Shown: piece by piece, positions 48,227 through 58,702 of the stretch | How the letters are laid out: each line of letters starts with the position of its first letter | Numbering within the stretch: position 1 is the first letter of the stretch | Source of the DNA: an uncultured Cryomorphaceae bacterium | GTDB taxonomy: Bacteria > Bacteroidota > Bacteroidia > Flavobacteriales_D > Cryomorphaceae | Direction of reading: 5' to 3' | Length of the DNA: 64,000 bases | Assembly: GCA_942492545.1 (NCBI GenBank) | Contig: CALOFA010000016.1 | Span: forward strand, 30,935 to 94,934 | Made by a program: the position numbers and the translations under genes | Notes under the pieces: generated by a model | Told to the model about the DNA's origin: nothing | Databases searched by the model: none | What the model saw: only the letters and a program-made list of their open reading frames with translations

Positions 48227-49328
48227 GGATTTATTTGAACAGCAAATAGGTGAGACTTTGCGAAAAGCAGAATCCACTCCACCGGCCGGCGCTTGGGAAT
48301 TAATCAAATCCCAAATTGCCAAGCCTTATACCCCACCTTTCAAGTTTCCCACATGGGCAGTGGTGGCTGTATCTGCCGCTCTTTTGGGCGGCATGGCATG
48401 GAGTGATCAGAACTCAGATATCGCAGTTTCTGATCAAGTGATGGTCAGTGCTTCTGTAGAAGAGGAGCAAAAGATTCAGCCTACTGAGGCATACACCAAT
48501 AGCGGGATTCAAGAATTTTCTGATGATAATGTAGCAGAAGACGATCAATTGATTGTATCGGAAATGACTCCTGCTGCCACAACCGAAATAGAATTGGCTG
48601 AAGCCGAAAACGGTGAATCTAAACCTTCCGATGAGTCAATATCAGAAGAGAATTTCGGTGGTCAGACCGGTAGACAAGAAGAGCTTAAGTCTAAGGCTAG
48701 CTTCCCCATTCAAGTGCAAGCTGCACAACCATTGGAAGCTTTGGTACGACAAGCGAATGAAGAGGCGGAGAAACCCGAAATTTTTGAGGAGAGCAACACT
48801 GCTGCAGCTCCAAAAGCCGACCCGATCCTTTCTGTAGAAGGGGTAAGAACTTGCTACACTCCGTGCGAATTGACTTTAACCGCAAAAGGTAATGCGGTTG
48901 AATACAGCTGGGATGCCGCTTCATTCGGGCTGATGCAAGGAAAGAGCTTGAATCTAGTGATCAACGAACCTCAATCATTGACGGTTTATGCGATAGCTCG
49001 ATACGAAGACGGTTCAGAGCGAACAGTACCAAGAACCATTGAGGTAAAGCAGGGCTCAGAGCTTTTCGTTCCAAACTCATTTACACCAAACGGAGATGGG
49101 CTCAATGATTCCTATTTGGTAAGAGGATCGGGAATCGAATCATTCAGTATGACCATTATTAACTCTAAGGGCAAGGTTGTTTTCCAAACAATCAATATCA
49201 ATGAGGCTTGGAATTTTGATGGCTCTGCCAATGATTTGGAGAACGAATTCTACACGGCCATTGTGCGAGCAGTTGGATTCGATGGAAAAGTCATCACTAA
49301 AAACGAACGCCTGACCATTTATCCATAA
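48219..49328 (+). CDS. Anti-sigma-like membrane protein with acidic linker and C-terminal CHU_C / T9SS type-B sorting domain.
   Basis: Overlaps the ECF sigma gene by 8 nt. N-terminus STPPAGAWELIKSQI…FPTWAVVAVSAALLGG parallels the anti-sigma at 6339. C-terminus FVPNSFTPNGDGLNDSYLV is the gliding-motility C-terminal domain signature. Confidence 0.5.
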   Translation: MSKDLFEQQIGETLRKAESTPPAGAWELIKSQIAKPYTPPFKFPTWAVVAVSAALLGGMAWSDQNSDIAVSDQVMVSASVEEEQKIQPTEAYTNSGIQEFSDDNVAEDDQLIVSEMTPAATTEIELAEAENGESKPSDESISEENFGGQTGRQEELKSKASFPIQVQAAQPLEALVRQANEEAEKPEIFEESNTAAAPKADPILSVEGVRTCYTPCELTLTAKGNAVEYSWDAASFGLMQGKSLNLVINEPQSLTVYAIARYEDGSERTVPRTIEVKQGSELFVPNSFTPNGDGLNDSYLVRGSGIESFSMTIINSKGKVVFQTININEAWNFDGSANDLENEFYTAIVRAVGFDGKVITKNERLTIYP

Positions 49329-50385
49329 CAGGATTGGCATAGCGCAAATACAAACTTACGAAGGCGTCATAGTCATCCGTTCCGCCTTCAACTCCTTGAA
49401 TTTTCAAGTAGCTGTCGTTTACCGCTTCCGACAGTTCGGGAAAGTAGGGTGGGGCATCGCTCATTCTTCGCCAAATGGCCAAGCGGTCAATCTGAAGTTC
49501 TATGGGTATGGCTTCGGCCAAAATTACTCGATCGCTCTCTTCCAGTTTTCGATTGACTTCACCTGCAGTGTACCTCCAAAGGGAGTAAGCGGCAGAGTAT
49601 TCCCAAATAGGGTTTCCTGAATGGATCAAGGCCATGTAGGCCACAAGGTTGGCTTCACCCTCGCTGGTGATGCCGTAAGCGTGGGCCATCTCGTGTGCTG
49701 CCGTGAAGGTGCCCGTCAAAAGACCGGCATCCGATTCTACATTGGCTTCGCCAGTGAAGGGGTTGTAGATTCCTCTTATTCCGATGCGTCTCAGTGCGCC
49801 TAAGGGCTTTACTTGCCTTAACGCGACATCCGTGCGGATTGGGTAGCCAAAGTCAGATAAAACATCCTTAACGGCGGTATTTAGTTTTTGAGCATCGATT
49901 TCCATCCCTAAATCCTCAACTGAAGTCGTATCGGTTGGTAGCTCTATCTCTTCCCGCTTTTCGGCGGCCTCGTTCATAACGTAGAGGTAGAGCTTTGCCA
50001 CATCATATTGATGGTTGTTTTCGGCCAGTGACATCCGCTCAGCCAGGCTCGGACCAACGTAATTGTAGCCCCACAAAACCAGAAAGAGAGCGATGAGACC
50101 ACCACAGAAATTCAGTAGCCTCCTGCCGAAAGTCAGCCACTTTATCTTGACCTTGGATTTTGGCAGTCGCCAAATAAGCCAAGCGATGGCGATAAAGATC
50201 AAAAGATAATACCCCGAGACAGGCAGAGCCGATCCAATAGGGTATTGCATGTTCCTAATAAGGGGAAAAACCCCTTGGAAATAAACCAGTTCAAACGCTT
50301 CAGGAAATCCTGCGAAGATCAGCCTTAGGATCAGGGCTAACCCTAGTAGTATCAGTCCTCCGAAGCGTTTGAATGATTTTTTCAT
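49297..50385 (-). CDS. DUF3810-like membrane protein with zincin HExxH motif.
   Basis: TAAHEMAHAYGI; N-terminal TM segments. Confidence 0.45.
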   Translation of the reverse strand: MKKSFKRFGGLILLGLALILRLIFAGFPEAFELVYFQGVFPLIRNMQYPIGSALPVSGYYLLIFIAIAWLIWRLPKSKVKIKWLTFGRRLLNFCGGLIALFLVLWGYNYVGPSLAERMSLAENNHQYDVAKLYLYVMNEAAEKREEIELPTDTTSVEDLGMEIDAQKLNTAVKDVLSDFGYPIRTDVALRQVKPLGALRRIGIRGIYNPFTGEANVESDAGLLTGTFTAAHEMAHAYGITSEGEANLVAYMALIHSGNPIWEYSAAYSLWRYTAGEVNRKLEESDRVILAEAIPIELQIDRLAIWRRMSDAPPYFPELSEAVNDSYLKIQGVEGGTDDYDAFVSLYLRYANPVMDKWSGVRF

Positions 50386-52610
50386 TTTTCAACGGGGGAG
50401 GTTCTGCCCAATTCGGTTATGCCCATTTCATATAGCGTGAAGGCCCAAATATCGGCTTGTTCTTCGATTATCTTGGCCATCGGCTTTCCCGCTCCGTGGC
50501 CCCCGTCAGTTTCTACTCGAATGAATACGGGGTTGTCGCCGGTGTGCGCTTCTTGAAGCGTCGCAGCGAACTTGAACGAGTGCGCAGGTACCACTCGGTC
50601 GTCGTGATCGCCCGTGGTAACTAGAGTAGAGGGGTAAGCCGTTCCTTTTTTTAAATTGTGCAACGGCGAATAAGCGTAAAGTGCATCGAATTCTTCTTTG
50701 GAAGCCTCTGCCGATCCATATTCCGGAATCCATCCTTTTCCAACGGTGAACTTTTGGAAGCGCAACATGTCCATCACTCCAACGGCAGGTAGCGCTACTG
50801 CAAACAATTCGGGACGTTGGGTCATGGCCGCACCTACGAGCAATCCTCCGTTCGACCCTCCTCTGATGGCTAATTTTTCCGAAGAGGTGTAGTTTTCTGC
50901 AATCAGGTATTCCGCGGCAGCGATAAAATCGTCAAACACGTTTTGCTTGTCTGACTTCATTCCTTGCTTGTGCCATTCCTCGCCAAACTCACCGCCACCA
51001 CGAAGATTCGCCACAGCGTAAATCCCGCCGTTCTCGAGAAAGAAAATATTCGATACGCTGAAGCTAGGGCTAAGGCTGATGTTAAAACCACCGTAGCCAT
51101 AAAGAAGCGTCGGATTCTTTCCATTCATCTCTAGGTCCTTTTTATGGACAATAAACATCGGAACTTCCGTGCCGTCTTTGCTTTTGTACTTCACTTGCTT
51201 AGAAACGTAGTCTTCGGGATCGAATTTCAAGTCGGGCTTGTTGAAAAGCGTTGACTCTCCCGTGGCAAGGTCAAATTCAAAAATAGTGGGAGGGTAGGTG
51301 AACGAGGAAAAGGAGTAAAACACGGTTCCATCTTCCTTTTTTCCTGAAAATCCCGATGCTGAACCCGGTGCCGGAAATTCTATTTCGCGAATCGTGTTGC
51401 CGGCATAGTCCATCTGAAAAACCTGAGAAGTGGCACTCTTTAAGTACTCCGGAAAGAGGTAGCCCCCTGCGGTACTTAAGTTTACCAATGTTTCTTCCCG
51501 TTCAGAGATGATTTCCTCCCAATTTTCTAAAGCGAAATTCTTCGGATCGATGGCCACCACGCGATAATTGGGTGCATCGATATCCGTTAAGGCAATGAAC
51601 TTTCCGTCCTTATGGTCGATGATGGAGGTTTTATTGGCAAAGCCTTCTCTCACCTTGGTGAGCTCACCATCGGTTTCAAGGTTTTTGAAATAGAGCTCAA
51701 AACCATCGGTTCCCGAAGCGGCGTACATCACGAGGTACTTGTCATCTTCGGTGACGCTGCACCAGTGGTAGAGATCGGGATTTTCGTCATTGCGGTAGAA
51801 GAGTTTGTCTTCGCTTTGAGGAGTGCCGATTTTATGGTAGTAAATGCTGTGGTGTTTATTGTCGGCGCTCAGTTCCGTTCCCGGTTCAGGTTCGGGGTAG
51901 CGGCTGTAATAGAAACCATCCTTAAACCATCCTGCTCCCGAAAACTTCACCCATTCGAGCTCATCGTCCAAATCGGTATTCGTCGCAATCTCTCGAATGT
52001 AAATCTTGCTCCAGTCCGATCCGCCTTCAGACTTGGTGTAGGCCATGTACTTGTTGTCAGCCGATGCGCCAATTAAATTGACGCTTATCGTTCCGCTTTC
52101 CGAGAGGGTATTGGGATCGATAAAAACGGTTGGATCTCCGTCTTTTCCTTTTTGGAAATAGATAACGGCTTGGTTCTGTAGTCCGTCATTTTTGTAAAAG
52201 AAGTAGTAGTCACCTGCTCGGAATGGCGAAGAGAGCCTCGGGTAATTGATCAGCTCGGTTAGTCGATCTTCTATATGCTGTCTGAATGGGATTTTTTCAA
52301 GGTAAGATTGAGTCACCTCGTTTTGGGCTTTTACCCAAGCTTCCGTATTGGCAGCTGTATCGTTTTCCAGCCAGCGGTAGGGATCTGCTACCTTCGTTCC
52401 GAAATAGTCATCAACAACATCAACTTTTTTCGTTTCGGGGTAGGTAATGGCTTCTTTCTCTATCATGGGAGTTTCAGTGCTGCATGCCGCGGCGATACCT
52501 GCCGCTAAAATTAGGATTGACCTTTTCATATTAAGAATGGGCTTTACGCAAAAATAGGAGTTGAACTTAGATTTGATTTTTAGGCATAAAAAGAGGGATG
52601 ACTTTCCCAT
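50382..52610 (-). CDS. Prolyl oligopeptidase family serine peptidase (S9A).
   Basis: Beta-propeller plus alpha/beta hydrolase with GGSNGG nucleophile elbow and C-terminal DHDDRV. Confidence 0.85.
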   Translation of the reverse strand: MGKSSLFLCLKIKSKFNSYFCVKPILNMKRSILILAAGIAAACSTETPMIEKEAITYPETKKVDVVDDYFGTKVADPYRWLENDTAANTEAWVKAQNEVTQSYLEKIPFRQHIEDRLTELINYPRLSSPFRAGDYYFFYKNDGLQNQAVIYFQKGKDGDPTVFIDPNTLSESGTISVNLIGASADNKYMAYTKSEGGSDWSKIYIREIATNTDLDDELEWVKFSGAGWFKDGFYYSRYPEPEPGTELSADNKHHSIYYHKIGTPQSEDKLFYRNDENPDLYHWCSVTEDDKYLVMYAASGTDGFELYFKNLETDGELTKVREGFANKTSIIDHKDGKFIALTDIDAPNYRVVAIDPKNFALENWEEIISEREETLVNLSTAGGYLFPEYLKSATSQVFQMDYAGNTIREIEFPAPGSASGFSGKKEDGTVFYSFSSFTYPPTIFEFDLATGESTLFNKPDLKFDPEDYVSKQVKYKSKDGTEVPMFIVHKKDLEMNGKNPTLLYGYGGFNISLSPSFSVSNIFFLENGGIYAVANLRGGGEFGEEWHKQGMKSDKQNVFDDFIAAAEYLIAENYTSSEKLAIRGGSNGGLLVGAAMTQRPELFAVALPAVGVMDMLRFQKFTVGKGWIPEYGSAEASKEEFDALYAYSPLHNLKKGTAYPSTLVTTGDHDDRVVPAHSFKFAATLQEAHTGDNPVFIRVETDGGHGAGKPMAKIIEEQADIWAFTLYEMGITELGRTSPVEK

Positions 52611-52644
52611 CCCTTCTTAATATTAATTGATTTGATATTCTAAA

Positions 52645-53079
52645 CTACCAGGCTTCTCCGTCATCTTCGTCCAATATCAATAAGGCCTCTGATAACTCAC
52701 CAAGCGTTTTGATATCGTTTTTGACTTTCGCCAATTCTCTTCCTCTTTTGTAGAAAGTAATGGCTTCAGCGGTTTTATTCTTCTCTTCTAACAATTTACC
52801 CAATTGGTAGTATGTGGGAAGGTAGTCGGGATCATTGTCAATGATCTTGCGGAAAAAAGAAATGGCCTTCGCGGTCTTTCCTTCTTTTTTGTATTCCAAG
52901 GCGGCTGCGTAGTTCAGAAAAGTATCGTTTGGATTCTTCTCGAGCATCTCAGCGATTAACTCCATTCGATTGTGACTTATGCCTTCCATTTTGAATTTAC
53001 TTTGAGTACAATAGGTAAAATTAAGGTCTTTCGAGTGCTTCTCATAGTGGCAGTTTGCCAAAAATCGTGAAGTTTTCAA
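52645..53079 (-). CDS. Tetratricopeptide-repeat protein.
   Basis: TPR-like helical repeats. Confidence 0.5.
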   Translation of the reverse strand: MKTSRFLANCHYEKHSKDLNFTYCTQSKFKMEGISHNRMELIAEMLEKNPNDTFLNYAAALEYKKEGKTAKAISFFRKIIDNDPDYLPTYYQLGKLLEEKNKTAEAITFYKRGRELAKVKNDIKTLGELSEALLILDEDDGEAW

Positions 53080-53101
53080 CCGGTTTTCACAGGCAAGATG
53101 C

Positions 53102-54026
53102 CTATACTACAGAGGTTTGACTTTTAACGTACTCCATTACCTCATCGACCTGTTCGGGTTCAAACCACTTTATGGTGTCGATCTTTCGGAACCAAGTTAG
53201 CTGCCGCTTTGCATAATGTCGGCTGTTTCGCTTGATAAGCCTCACTGCTTCATTGCGATCGTAGTCGCCATCGAAAAAAGAAAAGAGCTCTTTGTAGCCA
53301 ACCGTTTTTAGTGGGTCTGCATTTCTGTGACTCACCAGAGATCGGACTTCTGCTTCCAGTCCTGCTTCGATCATTTGGTCGACGCGTCGATCGATTCGTT
53401 CGTATAACATATCCCTCTCGGGACTGATGCCGATCCAGATGGGATCAAAATATTTTTCGGTTTTTTCCTGATCCCTTAATTCGGCCAGAGGCTTTCCACT
53501 CAGCTCGACTAATTCGATGGCCCGCATAACGCGAACTTGATTCTTGTGATCAATGCCCTTTTTGGCATCGGGGTCAGATGTCGCAAGCCGATCCAAAAGT
53601 GATGGAAGCCCCTCGTTTTCAAATTGGGCGATGAGTTCTTTTCTCAAGATTTCATCCGAGGGTAAATCGTCCAAGCCCTCCATCAGCGAACGGATGAAGA
53701 GTCCTGATCCACCTACCACAACGGGCAGTTTTTTGCGACTTAGAATCTCTTGAATTCTCTGTTCTCCTTGCCTTTCGAATTCTCCCGCAGTGATCGGGCT
53801 GTTAATACTGCAATGATCGATAAAGTGGTGGGGAACTCCCTGCATTTCGGCCGCGGTTGGCTTAGCCGTCCCGATGGACATTTCCGTGTAAAACTGTCTG
53901 GAATCGGCAGAAATCACTTCGCCGTTTAAGGCTTGGCAAAGCGCTATTCCGACTGATGTTTTTCCCCGCAGCGGTAGGCCCGCAGATCACGGGGATTTTG
54001 GGTTTAGATGAGTTCGTCGTAGTCAT
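53102..54026 (-). CDS. miaA: tRNA dimethylallyltransferase. The true start is ATG 54026. The P-loop N-terminus is displaced by a +1 insertion in the homopolymer run near 53956-53963.
   Basis: The in-frame ORF starts MISADSRQFY…GTAKPT. Upstream reads VICGPTAAGK then shifts; removing one A restores GKTSVGIALCQALNGEVISADS. Confidence 0.85.
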
Positions 54027-54528
54027 CTATGTTTTCGAATCCTTCTTCCTCTTCAAAATCGTCGTCAAATTCGCCGTCGAAATCTATTTGAAAGGAATCA
54101 ACCGGTTCTTTAGAGTGTTCGTCCGGAGCATCGCCCACGGTTAAAATGACCGAAGGATAAGTTTGACCCGTCTTTGCCTCAGAGATAGCCACCAATTCGA
54201 CAAAGAAAATCCACATTCTCATGAAGTCATAGAGATAAAGCAACTTTTGACCTTCTTCAAAAATCATCTCGTCCAGACTTGTTTCTTTCATCATCTTGAT
54301 GCCTTCATCTCCCGGTCCACCCATATCCATTTGGGTGATTTCTTCGCCTTTGTCCCAGTCTTCATTGCTCATATAGAATGAGGCTATTTCATCGCCCGAA
54401 AACTCAAAAGCTTCGACAATGGCCTGATGAAATTCTTCAAAAGTATCGGAACTCTTGATTTCGATATCACGAAAAACCTCTTCCGATTGATCGGGAAGAA
54501 CTCTGAAATGAAAAATTTTGTCGCTCAT
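54004..54528 (-). CDS. Acidic hypothetical protein, possibly a pRiA4b ORF-3-like domain.
   Basis: IFHFRVLPDQ…FHQAIVEAFEFSGDEIASFYMS follows the PRiA4_ORF3 beta-alpha-beta pattern; the call is weak. Overlaps the miaA start by 23 nt. Confidence 0.35.
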   Translation of the reverse strand: MSDKIFHFRVLPDQSEEVFRDIEIKSSDTFEEFHQAIVEAFEFSGDEIASFYMSNEDWDKGEEITQMDMGGPGDEGIKMMKETSLDEMIFEEGQKLLYLYDFMRMWIFFVELVAISEAKTGQTYPSVILTVGDAPDEHSKEPVDSFQIDFDGEFDDDFEEEEGFENIDDYDELI

Positions 54529-54569
54529 GAGGCCGCAAATTTACGCAATAGGATAGAGGTATCGAAGCG

Positions 54570-55382
54570 CTAAAAGTTTAAGCTGATCCCGTTTTCGATG
54601 GAATAGATAAATTTGGTGATGGGCACGATAGGACGATCTTCGTATGCCAGCCGCACGCCCGTTTTGAACGAAATTTTTTCGTTGATTTGAAAGTTGAGGT
54701 TCGTGCTGTTGGTGTATCTGTTTCGAGTGGCTTCTATGTCATCATCGTATCCCACTTGGTAGTATACGATTGTATTCATATCCACATGTTCTCCAATTGA
54801 CCAGCGTATGATGATATTTGAACTGAGTTTCAGAAATCGAGCTTCTACTTCTTCACTGTCAACGGGAGACAACCATCGTTCGAATTCATACATAGGTCCG
54901 GAACCTACAGTGAGCATGAAATTAACTTTTCGAATGGCATTCCATCTGAGCGCACCACCTGCCAATAGTCTGTCGTTCAATCCACGGAAGTCGTCGTACT
55001 GAGCTTGCGCGAAAAGCTCAGGACTGAATCTTGTCCGAAAGTTAAAGGTACTTCGAACATGAACGTTCCCATTGTTTAGAATCTTGCTGGAGTTGTTCTC
55101 GACATAAGACACTTCACCTAGAAGCATATAGAAATGCTTTCCCGGGGCGTAAATGGAACTGATTTCGGAACCGAGCGCGAGGAACTCAGCGCGCTCTTCT
55201 GCCGTTGCACTGCGATTGTAAAGATCAAAGTTTGCTTCAAGTTTAAGCCGGAAAGGATCTTCCCGGCTTAAACTATCAAGTCTGAACTTTTCGATGTTCA
55301 TGATTTGCCCTTTCACTTGAAGTGAACTAAGACAAACGAGAAAGAATGCGAACAGAATTTTTCCGCTGTTGCGGATACTCAT
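54570..55382 (-). CDS. Putative outer-membrane beta-barrel protein (DUF2490-like).
   Basis: Signal peptide, amphipathic beta pattern, ends …SLNF. Confidence 0.35.
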   Translation of the reverse strand: MSIRNSGKILFAFFLVCLSSLQVKGQIMNIEKFRLDSLSREDPFRLKLEANFDLYNRSATAEERAEFLALGSEISSIYAPGKHFYMLLGEVSYVENNSSKILNNGNVHVRSTFNFRTRFSPELFAQAQYDDFRGLNDRLLAGGALRWNAIRKVNFMLTVGSGPMYEFERWLSPVDSEEVEARFLKLSSNIIIRWSIGEHVDMNTIVYYQVGYDDDIEATRNRYTNSTNLNFQINEKISFKTGVRLAYEDRPIVPITKFIYSIENGISLNF

Positions 55383-55389
55383 AAATAAC

Positions 55390-56301
55390 TTAGTTCGAAA
55401 TAGTGATGGTATTGGTCATTTCGATGGGAACAGTCATTCCATCGGGAATTTGAGGGTTAGGAGCGAGCGTTATACTTCCTACAATATCGTCTTTCAGTGT
55501 ACCCGAAGTTACCCATCCACTGGCTACTTCAACATTTAGGGTACCTGATCTTTCTCCCTCGTAATATTGCGTGGCATCCATACCTTGCATGCTTGTGCTG
55601 GCATTGGCCGGATCAGTTTCCAATGTTGCTTTTACTTCAACAACTGCAGTTCCACCTTCAACTGATTTTAAAGTGTAAGTAGTCTTCGAAATAATGGGCA
55701 ATCCCGTAGATGTGAATTGCTCCTTGGTCCAAGAATCCCCAACTTTCACAGATTTTTCAGGAAAGATATCAGTGGTCATTTCCAAGTTCTTTGCAAGACC
55801 GTCGTCGCCAAAACTGCTTGCTACCTGCTCAGCCATTGCCGGGCCTCCTGCCATCTCTGCAGTAGCCTCTTTCACCATTTCTTCAAGACCCATCACTTCT
55901 TCTACCATTCCTTTCTCGGTGATCTTTGCGTCAAATTTCTTGTCTGTTAAACCTGCCAAAACCTTCGACATGGGATCAACGGTTTCAAGTGATGCTGTAT
56001 CAGAGGTGAAGGTTTGAGATTGTCCCATTCCTGTCATAGACATACCTACATTGCCGTACCAGATGTTGTAGGTATCGGTTTTGCCATTATCCTCGGCCAA
56101 TTCCATGTAAGTCGTTGAGGAAGCCGTTGTATTGATTTCCATCACTTGACCCATCATGGTTTGCTTGGTCACGTTAGCAACTTCCGTCTTCTGCGTGTAC
56201 TTCTTTCCCTTCTCAAGGTTCAATTTCATGTCCACCTTCTGAGCGAGGACGATAGATGGAGCTATAAGAGCTACCCCGATTAAAGCTTTCGTAAATTTCA
56301 T
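55390..56301 (-). CDS. Hypothetical secreted protein.
   Basis: Signal peptide MKFTKALIGVALIAPSIVLAQ. Confidence 0.35.
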   Translation of the reverse strand: MKFTKALIGVALIAPSIVLAQKVDMKLNLEKGKKYTQKTEVANVTKQTMMGQVMEINTTASSTTYMELAEDNGKTDTYNIWYGNVGMSMTGMGQSQTFTSDTASLETVDPMSKVLAGLTDKKFDAKITEKGMVEEVMGLEEMVKEATAEMAGGPAMAEQVASSFGDDGLAKNLEMTTDIFPEKSVKVGDSWTKEQFTSTGLPIISKTTYTLKSVEGGTAVVEVKATLETDPANASTSMQGMDATQYYEGERSGTLNVEVASGWVTSGTLKDDIVGSITLAPNPQIPDGMTVPIEMTNTITISN

Positions 56302-56461
56302 TGTCTTATTTGTTTGAGGCCAAAGAAAGCAAAAAATCAGCCAAGATTTAATTAGCTCATCCCATTATACTGCCGTTCATGTATGAGTGGCAGTTATGGG
56401 ATTGGTTCTCGTAGTTTAATTCAGTATTTGCGGATATTGTTTAGAACCGATTCTGCCGGGA

Positions 56462-57074
56462 CTACCTGGAGAAGCTAAGCCTTACACCCGCATTGATGAT
56501 AAAGGTGTTTTGTTTGAAATCAGTGAAATTTTCAAAAACCCCGCTATTTTCTTTTAGCCCGTCGTTTGTGTTCGTTAAACCGAACTCATAAATAACATCC
56601 AAGAAGAAAATGGAAACATCAAGACCTGCTCCGATTTGAGCACCCCATTGGCTATCATTCCAATTGACGGCATCATTGATGTCGCCGTTGTCGTATTTGG
56701 TGGTGGTTAGAAACATCAACGAAGGCCCCGCCTGAAGCCGAAAGTTTAAGAGGGGCTCAGTAGTCGGGTCGACAAATCGGTATCCCACCAAAATAGGAAT
56801 AGTAACTCCCTCAACGGTTTGATCTACGTTTACGTTTCCCGAAGAGCTGTATTCAGTAGACCTTGAAAAATAGGCAATACCTGGATTAAGGTGGAATCTA
56901 TTTCCGATCATCAAACTAGCACCTATCTTGTCCGCCTAATTTTGCTTTGGTGGTTGTGCCGTCTGGCGTTTTGCTGACATTGCTGAAATTCGCTCCTAGA
57001 TACGGACGAATTTCTACTTGTGAATGCGCCACGAAAAAGAAAGCGAGAAAAATTAAAGTGATTATGGATTTCAT
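56462..57074 (-). CDS. Outer-membrane beta-barrel (OmpW/porin-like) protein, split by a frameshift near 56914-56945 (ORFs 56916..57125 and 56462..56914).
   Basis: Signal peptide MKSIITLIFLAFFFVAHSQ lies in the 69-aa ORF. The body ends in the OMP-typical …AGVRLSF. Confidence 0.5.
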
Positions 57075-57125
57075 AGTAGATAGATTTAGTATTAAAGTTA
57101 CAGGTTTCTTTAAAGCCATTGTCAA

Positions 57126-58378
57126 TTCTCAGGCAATAAGTTCAAGAGTTTCTGAGACTGCTTTTGCTGCATTTTCCCCTGAACGCATAGCTCCATCAAT
57201 AGAGGCGTTGGTAAGATAGTCTCCGCTAAGTGGATGTGTTCTGTTATTTGGGTTTGTTCTGGTGGCAATTGATAATGCCGGACGATTCACTGTCGGTAAA
57301 GCATAGGGTTTATTTTATTGTTTTAAGGAATTGTAACTGAGAATTGACCTATGATTCAAGTTCTTGCCAAGTCTGTCTTTACAACTTGAGGACTTTCGTT
57401 ACCACGAACTGTTACAGACCACAATGAACGATCGGAAGGAGCAGACTGCGGGACTACTTCGTCGTGTCGTGCAAAATTATTGATTGAGCTCTTGAGCCGC
57501 GCATCTAAACCAATGGAGCGATTCATCGATGGTAGACTCTTTTCCCCACCGAAGTACATAGTTGTGGTATTTTTCCACCTAATGGGATGATCTATTTGAG
57601 TGAGAAGATTGTCAGGGTTTGAGGCGATAATGATTTTTTTGGCTGTAATTATGGAGCCATCTTCTAGTTCAACGGAAGGGGCTTGGTTGACTTTCGCAAT
57701 TTTAGTACTCAATTTTATTTCGGTTGATTTCAACTTAGCCTTAAGTTGCTTGGGTATTTCTCCCATGCCTTTTGCAGGAATGCAGGCACTTCCTTTCGAG
57801 AAATTTCTAAAAACGAATCGAAACATAGCAGCGTCTGTGGAAAGCTCTCTTTCGAGAAAAATACCTCCAAAAAATGGTCTGAAAAAGTTCTCAATGATTT
57901 TGTCAGAGAATCCAAACTCCTTTAAATAGTCTAGTGTAGTTTGTCGTTCTCCTTCAAAAATTTCATTCAGTGTTTTTGTTTGAAGCTGTTTAGAAAGGTT
58001 GAGCATTTTAATCTTGTCGGACAAGGAGCCGACACGTGAAATAGCAGTTGAAGGAAGCGCAGCAATTTTTCTCGTAGGATCAGCGATGGAAAAGCTCCCT
58101 TTACTGCCGAAAATTTTCGCTCCCGGCTCAAATTTTTTTAGATCTAATGCTTCAAAATCCAGTAACTCTTTTGCCTTTTCGTAAGTGTCGATAAGCACTT
58201 GAAAACCCCTTTCCAAGGTGTATCCATCTATTGTATCCGTTTGTATTCGCCCACCTACTTCGCGATCTGCTTCGATAAGCAGGGTCGTGTGTCCGGCTTC
58301 TTCACATTTCTTTGCAGCTACGAGTCCTGCCACACCTGCACCGACGATTATAACGTCGTATTGAGTTTCATTTTTCAT
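57126..58378 (-). CDS. FAD-dependent amine-oxidase/protoporphyrinogen-oxidase-like oxidoreductase. The C-terminal ~80 aa lie in another frame (frameshift near 57280-57360).
   Basis: N-terminal YDVIIVGAGVAGL dinucleotide fold. The minus strand 57126-57215 encodes GDYLTNASIDGAMRSGENAAKAVSETLELIA*, a typical amine-oxidase C-terminus. Confidence 0.65.
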
Positions 58379-58429
58379 GTTGGCCGAAAATAAAAAAAGC
58401 AGCTTGAAGTCAGCTGCTCGCAGATGGAA

Positions 58430-58669
58430 TTAAACTTCTTGTTTTCCTAATTCAGGCCTGTCCATGTAGCCGAACTCCTGCTCATCTTCCAGCTCCTCTC
58501 CATTATACTCGCCGTATTTCAGTACTACCCAAACCATCCAAATGATCAGAACGGGGGACGCAGCAAAGATTAGAGCAACCCAATTTAAAAGTATGCCTGT
58601 ACTGGCGAACATGGTATATAGGAGAAGAATCATTGATACTCCTCCTACGGCTATTGACTCGTGTTTCAT
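58430..58669 (-). CDS. Small hypothetical membrane protein.
   Basis: Two TM helices and an acidic tail. Confidence 0.3.
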   Translation of the reverse strand: MKHESIAVGGVSMILLLYTMFASTGILLNWVALIFAASPVLIIWMVWVVLKYGEYNGEELEDEQEFGYMDRPELGKQEV

Positions 58670-58702
58670 GGTGATAAAACACTGAATCAGGCATATGGTT
58701 CA

